Below are positions 57,008-64,000 of a stretch of 64,000 bases of DNA, in pieces. How positions within the stretch are numbered: position 1 is the first letter of the stretch; every line of letters begins with the position of its first letter. The position numbers were made by a program, and so were the translations under genes. Below the pieces are notes generated by a model. That model saw only the letters and a program-made list of their open reading frames with translations. It had not been told where the DNA came from and ran no database searches. The stretch is taken from contig OZ242005.1 in assembly GCA_965204725.1 (NCBI GenBank), positions 1,920,001 through 1,984,000 on the forward strand. Reading direction: 5' to 3'. The stretch is from Candidatus Latescibacterota bacterium (GTDB lineage Bacteria > Latescibacterota > UBA2968 > UBA8231).

Positions 57008-58195
57008 CTAACCAGCGGCCTCGCTATGCGAGGGCAGACCGCAAAACTGCTCGTAATCAATCAACTCGGTGACGGTTGGGCTATCGCCACACACCGGGCA
57101 CTCGCAGTCGCGCCGGAGCTTGAGTTCGCGGAATTTCATCTCCAGCGCGTCGTAGAGCACCACTCGCCCCACCAAGGAGGTGCCCTGCCCCAACAGCAGC
57201 TTGACAACCTCGGTGGCTTGCACGAGCCCGATGATGCCGGGCAAGACCCCTAAGACCCCCCCCTCGGCGCAGCTCGGCACCTCCCCGGGCGGCGGCGGCT
57301 CGGGATAGAGGCAGCGATAGCACGGGCCGTCCCCGGGCACGTACACGGTGGCTTGGCCCTCAAAGCGAAAAATGCTGCCGTCAACCACGGGCTTGTTCTG
57401 CATTACAGCCGCGTCGTTGACCAAATAGCGGGTCGGGAAGTTGTCGCAGCCATTAACCACGATGTCGTAGCCATCCAGGACCGCAAAGATATTGTGCGAA
57501 GTCAGCAGCTCGTAGTGCGGGTGGATCTCAATGCCGGGGTTGATGTCGAGCAACCGGTCGCGGGCGGCCTCGACCTTGGGCCGGCCGAGATCGGACTCCC
57601 CGAAAAGCACTTGCCGCTGCAAGTTGCTCTTATCGACGACATCGGCATCTACCAAGCCGATTTTGCCGACGCCGGCCGCAGCCAAGTACAGAGCCGTCGG
57701 GCACCCCAAGCCGCCCGCCCCGACCAGCAACACCCGGCCCTTGAGCAACTGCTGCTGCCCCTTCTCACCGACCTCGGGCAGTATGAGATGCCGGGCGTAG
57801 CGCTGGGAATCCTCTGCGGAAAGCAGGCCGCCTTGCTCAATGGCATAGCCAGCGTCCTTCCAGCCTTTGAAGCCGCCGATCATGGACTTGGCATTGGTGT
57901 AGCCCATAAAGGCCAAATCGCGCACCGCCAAGGCCGAGCGGTTGCCCCCGGCGCAATAGAGCACAATTTCCGCGTCGCGATCTACGGTCACGTCTTCTTC
58001 GACGTTGAGCTCCAAAAAACCGCGGGGTATCAACTCGGCCCCGGGGATATAACCGTCCATAACCTCTTCCCGCTCGCGCACATCCACGATGTGCAGCGGG
58101 CGACCGGCTTGGCGGGCCGCTTGGACCGCAGCCGGGGTCACTTCGGCAATCTCGGCCTTTACATGCTCTAGTAGCTGATTGGATGTAACAGTCAT
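57008..58195 (-). CDS. moeB: Rhodanese-MoeB/ThiF adenylyltransferase (MoeZ-type)
   Basis: N-terminal rhodanese (YCAGGNRS); RYARH, GAGGLG, SNLQRQ, CYRC, SCAEGGVLG, CPVCG. Confidence 0.92.
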   Translation of the reverse strand: MTVTSNQLLEHVKAEIAEVTPAAVQAARQAGRPLHIVDVREREEVMDGYIPGAELIPRGFLELNVEEDVTVDRDAEIVLYCAGGNRSALAVRDLAFMGYTNAKSMIGGFKGWKDAGYAIEQGGLLSAEDSQRYARHLILPEVGEKGQQQLLKGRVLLVGAGGLGCPTALYLAAAGVGKIGLVDADVVDKSNLQRQVLFGESDLGRPKVEAARDRLLDINPGIEIHPHYELLTSHNIFAVLDGYDIVVNGCDNFPTRYLVNDAAVMQNKPVVDGSIFRFEGQATVYVPGDGPCYRCLYPEPPPPGEVPSCAEGGVLGVLPGIIGLVQATEVVKLLLGQGTSLVGRVVLYDALEMKFRELKLRRDCECPVCGDSPTVTELIDYEQFCGLPSHSEAAG

Positions 58196-59364
58196 GCGAT
58201 CTCCTCGATTGCTAATGCACCCGCACGCAAGCGCTCGACCTGCGCGACCGTGCAGTCAATGACAAACTCCACTTCTTCCATCGTATTAAAACGCCCCAGC
58301 CCAAAGCGCAGGGAAGCCCGCGCCAAATCATCGCTTGCGCCGATGGCTTTGAGGACGTGCGAGGGCGCGCTCGCCCGAGACGAACAGGCCGCGCCCGAAG
58401 ACAGCGCGACTGCGCGCAATCCCAACAGCAGTTCGGTTCCGTCCACCCCGGGGAAGCTCACGTTGAGGTTGCCCGGCAAGCGCTCGTCCGCATGGCCGTT
58501 GACGACCAAGGAACCGAGCGCGGCCTCTAGCCCGGCGCGGAGCCGCCGCCGCATCTGTCCCAGCCGCGCCGCTTCCGCCGGCATCTCTTCGCGCCCCAAC
58601 TGACAGGCGCGCCCTAAACCGACGATCCCCGGGACATTGAGGGTGCCGCCGCGCAGGCCGCGCTCCTGCCCGCCGCCCTCAACTTGGGCCTGCAAGCGCA
58701 CACGCGGCTTGCGCGAGCGCACGTAGAGAAAGCCGACGCCCTTGGGAGCGTAGAGCTTGTGGCCGGAAGCCGAGAGCAGGTCGATGCCGAGTGCTTCTAC
58801 ATCGAGGGGCACCTTGCCGACGGCTTGGGCTGCATCGCAGTGCCACAAGACGCCGCGTTCGCGGGCCAGCCGCCCAATGGCCTCCAGCGGTTGCAAGACC
58901 CCAATCTCGTTGTTGGCGGCCATCAGCGAGATGAGGACCGTCCGCTGCGTGATGGCCGCTGCGAGTTGGTCGAGGTCAATTTGGCCGCGGCGGTCCACGG
59001 GTAGATACGTGACCTCCACTCCGTGCTGCTCCAAGGTGTGGCAACATGCCAAGACGGCCTTGTGCTCAATGGCACAGGTGACGATGTGCGCCCCTCGGAA
59101 CGCCGTCTGGACCGCGCCTTTTATGGCCAAATTGTTGGCCTCGGTAGCGCCGGCCGTAAAGACTATTTCCTGAGCGCGCGCCCCGATCAGCCGGGCGACC
59201 TCTCCCCGCGCCTGCTCAACGGCATCGGCCGCGGCCACCCCAAAGGCGTGGGTCTTGCTGGCCGCATTGCCGAAATGGGTGCCGAAGTACGGCAACATAT
59301 CCGCCAAGACCCGCGGGTCAACCGGCGTGGTCGCCATGTTGTCCATATAGACGGGGATTTGCAC
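58192..59364 (-). CDS. iscS: Cysteine desulfurase
   Basis: YMDNMATTP, GATEANN, ANNEIG, SGHKLYAPKG, SSGAACSS, LRFGLGRF. Confidence 0.92.
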   Translation of the reverse strand: MQIPVYMDNMATTPVDPRVLADMLPYFGTHFGNAASKTHAFGVAAADAVEQARGEVARLIGARAQEIVFTAGATEANNLAIKGAVQTAFRGAHIVTCAIEHKAVLACCHTLEQHGVEVTYLPVDRRGQIDLDQLAAAITQRTVLISLMAANNEIGVLQPLEAIGRLARERGVLWHCDAAQAVGKVPLDVEALGIDLLSASGHKLYAPKGVGFLYVRSRKPRVRLQAQVEGGGQERGLRGGTLNVPGIVGLGRACQLGREEMPAEAARLGQMRRRLRAGLEAALGSLVVNGHADERLPGNLNVSFPGVDGTELLLGLRAVALSSGAACSSRASAPSHVLKAIGASDDLARASLRFGLGRFNTMEEVEFVIDCTVAQVERLRAGALAIEEIA

Positions 59365-59374
59365 TGCTCGTCGC

Positions 59375-59698
59375 TCAGGCGCTGAAGGACTCACCGCAGC
59401 CGCAGGTGGTGCGGGCGTTGGGATTTTCAATCTTAAAGCCCGCCCCCATCAGCCCGTCGTGGTAGTCGAGCGTCACGCCGTTGAGGTAGAGGCTGCTCTT
59501 CATGTCGATGAAAACTTTGACGCCGGCGATTTCAAAGACGTGGTCTAGGTCGCCGGCCCTTTCCTCAAAATCGAGCTTGTACTGGAACCCCGAACACCCG
59601 CCCCCCATCACGCCGAGGCGCAGCCCGTGCCCTTGGTTGCCCTGTTCGCCGAGCAAGTTCTTGATCTTCTCGGCTGCCGCTTCCGTTATAATTACCAT
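59375..59698 (-). CDS. iscA: A-type Fe-S carrier (IscA/ErpA/HesB)
   Basis: GGGCSGFQY, NPNARTTCGCGESF. Confidence 0.93.
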   Translation of the reverse strand: MVIITEAAAEKIKNLLGEQGNQGHGLRLGVMGGGCSGFQYKLDFEERAGDLDHVFEIAGVKVFIDMKSSLYLNGVTLDYHDGLMGAGFKIENPNARTTCGCGESFSA

Positions 59699-59713
59699 AG
59701 CATTCGTATCCCC

Positions 59714-60175
59714 TCAAGATTCGTAAATGGCGCATTCGATGAGGTCGGGCACCTCGTCGTGCTGCCGATACACCTCGCAGCGGTGGCAATCCCGCTCAAC
59801 GACCTTGACCGTGCAGCAAAAACAGCCACTGAGAATTTCAATCGCCCGCCGGTTCCGCTCCTTCATAAGCGAATACTGGCGAATGCGCTCGTCGATCCGC
59901 CGCTCTTGCTCGCTGAGGTGTTCGACGAGTACGCGCGCCAAGCCGCCCCCGGATTCGCTGCGGTCTTTCAGGTGGAAGAACGCGCGAATGTGCTCCAACC
60001 CGAACCCTAGCTCCTTGAGGCTCTGGACGATTTGCAAGCGGCGCAACTGCGCTTCCGAGTACAGGCGAAATCCGCCGGTGCTGCGCTCCTCGGGCTCGAC
60101 GATCCCCAATTCTTCATAGTAGCGAATCGTGCGCGGCGTGACCCCGGCCTTGGCGGCCAAATCCCCTATTTGCAT
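59714..60175 (-). CDS. MerR-family transcriptional regulator with Cys-rich C-terminus
   Basis: IGDLAAKAGVTPRTIRYYEELG, GFRLY, LGFGLEHI; C-terminal CFCC-x8-CHRC-x14-C. Confidence 0.9.
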   Translation of the reverse strand: MQIGDLAAKAGVTPRTIRYYEELGIVEPEERSTGGFRLYSEAQLRRLQIVQSLKELGFGLEHIRAFFHLKDRSESGGGLARVLVEHLSEQERRIDERIRQYSLMKERNRRAIEILSGCFCCTVKVVERDCHRCEVYRQHDEVPDLIECAIYES

Positions 60176-60206
60176 GGAGGCACCCTTCCATTCCATCCTT
60201 CGCTGC

Positions 60207-60235
60207 AATGTACTTGACGTAAACGTGAGTGTCAA
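60207..60235 (-). promoter_or_regulatory. Sigma70 promoter of the merR-iscA-iscS-moeB unit with overlapping dyad operator
   Basis: TTGACA-N17-TACATT; dyad TTGAC-N12-GTCAA with internal ACGT-TT-ACGT. Confidence 0.75.
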
Positions 60236-60248
60236 CGAACCGACCTTA

Positions 60249-60345
60249 GAAGCTGTCTGAAAACTCTGGTGGTCGTCTTTTATGTCTAAACGATACCGGC
60301 TGGATTCCCGCTTTCGCGGGAATGACGGATCCTTCAGACAGCCTC
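60249..60345. mobile_element. 97-bp MITE (IS5/PIF-Harbinger-like ends) with internal dRS3-like palindrome
   Basis: TIRs GAAGCTGTCTGAA / TTCAGACAGCCTC (12 of 13 match); TTA direct repeats at 60246-60248 and 60346-60348; ATTCCCGCTTTCGCGGGAAT at 60304-60323. Confidence 0.7.
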
Positions 60346-61287
60346 TTAGGCGATGGACTCGATGAACCCATCAACGCTGAAATAGCGAAACCCAGTATCG
60401 CAGAGCATGGTCACCAGACGGGATTTTGGGCCTAGGGCGCGGGCTACCTGCAAACAGGCCGCCACATTGGCCCCGGACGAAGGCCCCAGCAGCAATCCTT
60501 CCTCGCGGGCCAAGCGGCGGGTGTAGTGAAACGCCTCGTCGTCGTCGACCTGCACGATTTGGTCGATCCACTCGCGGCCGAGGACTTCGGGCACAAAACC
60601 CGCGCCAATTCCCTGAATGCCGTGCAGGCCAGCCGCGCCCCCCGCCAGCACGGGCGAGCGCTTAGGCTCAACCGCGACGATGCGCACGGCCGGCACGGCC
60701 TGCTTGAGCACCTCCCCAACGCCGGTTATGGTGCCGCCAGTACCCACCCCGGCGACAAAGGCGTCTAGCGCCCCTTGGGTGGCCACGAGGATTTCCTCGG
60801 CCGTGGCCCGGCGATGGGCCGCTGGGTTGGCCGGATTGGCAAACTGCTGGGGAATGAACACGCCAGCGGGATCGGCGGCCTTGAGCTCTTCGGCCTTGCG
60901 GATGGCCCCGGACATGTCTTCGGCCGCCGGCGTCAGGGCGATTTCCGCGCCGTAACTGGCCATGACCTGCCGCCGCTCCAAGCTCATGCTCTCGGGCATG
61001 GTCAGCACCAGCCGGTAGCCCCGGACGGCCGCGGCCAGAGCCAGCGCGATCCCGGTATTGCCGCTGGTCGGCTCGACGATGGTCATGCCCTTTTTGAGCT
61101 GACCGGCCGCCTCGGCCGCGCAAATCATGCTAACGCCGATGCGGTCTTTGACGCTGCCGGTTGGGTTGCGCGCTTCGAGCTTGCCGTAGAGTTGGCTGCC
61201 GTTGGCCGGCGCGACTCGGTAGAGGCGCACGAGGGGCGTGTCCCCCACCAACTCCAACATGTCGTCTGCGGTCTTGAGCTTGCTCAT
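60346..61287 (-). CDS. cysK: Cysteine synthase A
   Basis: NPTGSVKDRI, EPTSGNTG, QQFANPAN, GVGTGGT, IQGIGAGF; ATGA overlap with the upstream gene. Confidence 0.95.
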   Translation of the reverse strand: MSKLKTADDMLELVGDTPLVRLYRVAPANGSQLYGKLEARNPTGSVKDRIGVSMICAAEAAGQLKKGMTIVEPTSGNTGIALALAAAVRGYRLVLTMPESMSLERRQVMASYGAEIALTPAAEDMSGAIRKAEELKAADPAGVFIPQQFANPANPAAHRRATAEEILVATQGALDAFVAGVGTGGTITGVGEVLKQAVPAVRIVAVEPKRSPVLAGGAAGLHGIQGIGAGFVPEVLGREWIDQIVQVDDDEAFHYTRRLAREEGLLLGPSSGANVAACLQVARALGPKSRLVTMLCDTGFRYFSVDGFIESIA

Positions 61288-63356
61288 TTTGCGTTCGTTA
61301 GCTGCTCCACCAAGCCGGCGACCGTGGCCAGCGGCCGCGAACACGTCTCGTCGCGGCACACGTACGCTCGGCCACCGACCGTTAGCTTCCCCTTTAGCAG
61401 CGGCAACGCCACAGCCGCTTCCTCCTCCCCAACCGCCGCAGCCAACACGACCTTATTGGGCACAAAGCACCCATGCAGGGCCGCTGCAAAAGCACGGCAT
61501 TCGGCGGGGTTGCCCACCAAGGCAACCTCGGTCGGCCTAGCCAAGTAAAAGTCGAGGGCACAGAGCATTTGCGCCCCAGCGGCCGGCGCACGGCGCAACA
61601 ACGGCTCAAAGAGGACCAGCGTTTGCTCACCCCGCTGCCACAACGCCCGGTCGCCCTTCATCGCCCCCAAGCGCAAAAGCACCAACGCCCCCAGCGAGTT
61701 GCCCGAGGGCGTGGCGTTGTCAAACGGGTTCTTGGTGCGCACGATCAAATCAGTCGCCTCGGCCCCCGCATAGAAGAACCCCCCGCGTTCCTCATCCCAA
61801 AACCGCGCCACCATCTCGGCCGCCCAGTGCTCGGCCGCGGCCAAAAAGCGCGATTCAAAGCTCGCCTCGTACAGGTCGATCAGGCCGTTGACCACACCGG
61901 CGTAATCGTCCTGATAGGCCGGAATCCGCGCTTGGCCGTCCTTATAGGTGTGCAGGAGGCGGCCATCGCAGACCATGCGCTCTAAAATAAAATCGGCCGC
62001 CGCTACGGCCGCACGCAGGTAGCGGTCTTCCCGAAAAACTTGGTAGGCGCGGGCCATCGCGCTGATCATCAGCCCGTTCCACGCCGTCAGAATTTTGTCG
62101 TCGCGCCCGGGGGCAACGCGCTGTTGCCGCGCCGCCAGCAGCGCCGCGCAGCCGCGCTCTACCACGCGCGCCAGCCGCTCCGGCGCGACCTTGAGCAAGC
62201 GCGCCACCCCTTCCAGCTCGTTTTCCACGTGCAAAATGTTGCGTCCGTGCTCAAAGTTGCCCTCCGGCACCACGCCGTAATAGCGGACAAAGAGCGCGGC
62301 ATCTTCCTCGCCCAGCAGGTCCTCAATCTCCTCCAAAAACCACGTAAAAAACCGGCCTTCCTCGCCCTCGCTGTCCGCGTCCTGCGCCGCGTAGAAGCCG
62401 CCTTCGGGCTGCGTCATCTCTCGTAGCACGTAGCCGAGGGTGTGCTCGACGACCGTGCGGTAGAACTCGTCTTGGGTCGCTTGATAGGCTTCGATATAGG
62501 TCCACACCAGCAGGGCGTTGTCGTAGAGCATTTTCTCAAAGTGCGGTACTAGCCAGCGCTCATCTACGGAGTAGCGGTGAAAACCCCCGCCAAGCTGGTC
62601 GTACATCCCCCCTCTAGCCATGCGCTTGAGCGTGTGCTCGGCCATGGCCAGCGCGTGCTGGTCGCCGCGTCTGGCATAGCGGCGCAACAGCAGGGACAAG
62701 CTCATGCTCGGCGGAAATTTGGGGGCGCCGCCAAACCCTCCGTATCGGGGGTCATAGGTGGATTGGAGCTGCGCGCAGGCCTGATCGAGGACCGCTTCGT
62801 CCGGGACGCTACCCGGCGTTAAGAACTCGGCGTGTTGCTGGAGCGTCCGCATGAGTTCGGCGGTCTTTTCGGCCACGCCGGCGCGGTTGTCTCGGTAGTA
62901 GTCCGCGATCGCTTGCAGCACCCGCGGAAAGCCCGGCCGCCCATAGCGGTCTTCGGGCGGGAAATACGTCCCGCCGTAAAAAGGCTGCAAATCCGGCGTT
63001 AGGAACACCGTCATCGGCCAGCCCCCTTGGCCCGTCATAGCCTGCACGGCCGTCATGTAAATCTCATCGACATCGGGCCGTTCTTCGCGATCGACCTTGA
63101 TGTTGATAAAGTGCTCGTTCATGCGCTGGGCAATGCGTTCGTCTTCAAACGATTCGCGCTCCATGACATGGCACCAATGGCAGGCCGAATACCCCACCGA
63201 CAGCAAGATGGGCCGGTCAGCCTCCCGCGCCGCGGCTAGGGCCTCCTCGCCCCAAGGATACCACTCGACGGGATTGTGGGCGTGCTGGCGCAAGTACGGA
63301 CTCGATTCGTCCGCGAGGCGGTTGGTGTACTTGGGATCGGACATAGACATAGACAT
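61284..63356 (-). CDS. Thioredoxin-domain protein YyaL/SSP411 (DUF255)
   Basis: NRLADESSPYLRQHAHNPV, SACHWCHVMERESF, PHFEKMLYDNA, DDKILTAWNGLMI; start at one of three tandem ATGTCN codons (63356/63350/63344). Confidence 0.92.
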   Translation of the reverse strand: MSMSMSDPKYTNRLADESSPYLRQHAHNPVEWYPWGEEALAAAREADRPILLSVGYSACHWCHVMERESFEDERIAQRMNEHFINIKVDREERPDVDEIYMTAVQAMTGQGGWPMTVFLTPDLQPFYGGTYFPPEDRYGRPGFPRVLQAIADYYRDNRAGVAEKTAELMRTLQQHAEFLTPGSVPDEAVLDQACAQLQSTYDPRYGGFGGAPKFPPSMSLSLLLRRYARRGDQHALAMAEHTLKRMARGGMYDQLGGGFHRYSVDERWLVPHFEKMLYDNALLVWTYIEAYQATQDEFYRTVVEHTLGYVLREMTQPEGGFYAAQDADSEGEEGRFFTWFLEEIEDLLGEEDAALFVRYYGVVPEGNFEHGRNILHVENELEGVARLLKVAPERLARVVERGCAALLAARQQRVAPGRDDKILTAWNGLMISAMARAYQVFREDRYLRAAVAAADFILERMVCDGRLLHTYKDGQARIPAYQDDYAGVVNGLIDLYEASFESRFLAAAEHWAAEMVARFWDEERGGFFYAGAEATDLIVRTKNPFDNATPSGNSLGALVLLRLGAMKGDRALWQRGEQTLVLFEPLLRRAPAAGAQMLCALDFYLARPTEVALVGNPAECRAFAAALHGCFVPNKVVLAAAVGEEEAAVALPLLKGKLTVGGRAYVCRDETCSRPLATVAGLVEQLTNAK

Positions 63357-63373
63357 AGAATAAATAATACGAT

Positions 63374-64000
63374 TCACTCGCCGTTGGCGATAGGCTCCGC
63401 TGGGCAGCGCGTCTGCAAGTAGGCTTCGAGATCGCCGACGATGGCGCGGAAGCACCGCTCGGCCTCGGCGCGCATTTCCGCCTGTTCGCGGCCGCAGTGC
63501 AAGGGCCACACCTGCTCCCGATAGCGCCTTTCAAAGGCATCCTGATCAGCTGGAGGCAAGGCCGCAATCTGCAACGCACGAATTTCGCCAAAGCTGATAT
63601 TCGGCGTCCCCACTCCGTTGGCCTGCGCGGCGATCTGCGCGCGGCCCAGCCGCGTTTTGAAAAAAAACCAAGCGTAAAACGGATTGAGTCCCTCCAACCG
63701 GATCAGATCGACAAAGCAGCCCACATTGGCCGGCCCGCTCCCCAAATACACTGCGAGGCGGTTTTGGCCCAAGGCCCCGACCCCAGACCGCGACAGCAGC
63801 AAATCCCCGGGGCGCACCCGGCTGCGCGGTGGATCATGCACCCCGGCGGGCGCGACGCACAAAAGCGTCCGCTCGTCGAGCCCGGTTTCGGCGATGTCGC
63901 CTTGGCGGATGACCGGCACGCCGGCCTCTACATGCTGGGGACAGCGGCCGGTGACAATCGGCCCGTACGTCAAATGGCTTATGTATTCCCCCAACGGGAC
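63374..64000 (-). CDS. HsdS-like target-recognition domain (3' end of an RM specificity or type IIG-like gene; 5' end outside the window)
   Basis: VPVIRQGDI, GDLLLSRSG, NPFYAWFFF, PNISFGEIRALQI. Confidence 0.6.
   Translation of the reverse strand, partial: VPLGEYISHLTYGPIVTGRCPQHVEAGVPVIRQGDIAETGLDERTLLCVAPAGVHDPPRSRVRPGDLLLSRSGVGALGQNRLAVYLGSGPANVGCFVDLIRLEGLNPFYAWFFFKTRLGRAQIAAQANGVGTPNISFGEIRALQIAALPPADQDAFERRYREQVWPLHCGREQAEMRAEAERCFRAIVGDLEAYLQTRCPAEPIANGE

Noticed and set aside
210-63591. Numerous long antisense and alternate-frame ORFs in the six-frame track
   Set aside because: These are expected shadows of high-GC coding sequence (Arg/Pro/Ala-rich, no motifs).
1-64000. tRNA, rRNA, riboswitch, selenocysteine or DGR signatures
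   Set aside because: No cloverleaf or T-loop, rRNA-like segment, in-frame TGA at catalytic Cys positions, reverse transcriptase or adenine-specific TR/VR pair was seen by eye. An Infernal/tRNAscan run would be needed to exclude them.

Overview
GC-rich bacterial chromosome segment. It probably comes from an FCB-group organism, plausibly a Latescibacterota-like sponge/host-associated lineage. That is inferred from the FlgD/T9SS-like C-terminal sorting domain, the ankyrin lipoprotein and the many sugar-acid/PhyH enzymes. Left to right: (i) the end of a DUF499 ATPase / SNF2-DUF3883 restriction-like defence locus; (ii) a repeat-rich accessory region (about 6.7-16.2 kb) with an ankyrin lipoprotein and a 1477-aa Ig/Calx-like surface protein, the latter bracketed by long imperfect inverted repeats that each carry a small coiled-coil membrane-protein gene; (iii) a cytochrome c-YceI-DUF5777 barrel operon, a TlpA with an unfamiliar internal repeat, and catabolic genes; (iv) two AT-richer insertions, a NYN/PIN nuclease plus NACHT NTPase pair (best candidate for an undescribed defence system) and a DpnA-like methyltransferase plus AAA_21 ATPase; (v) core genes: glnE-glnB, kptA, purE, a dcw cluster lacking mraY/murD/murG/murB/ddl, trmB, and a cysK / Cys-rich MerR / iscA / iscS / moeB sulfur-Fe-S block, with a 97-bp MITE at the cysK stop codon. 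No rRNA, tRNA or CRISPR array was recognised. All assignments come from motif recognition by eye; no database searches were run.
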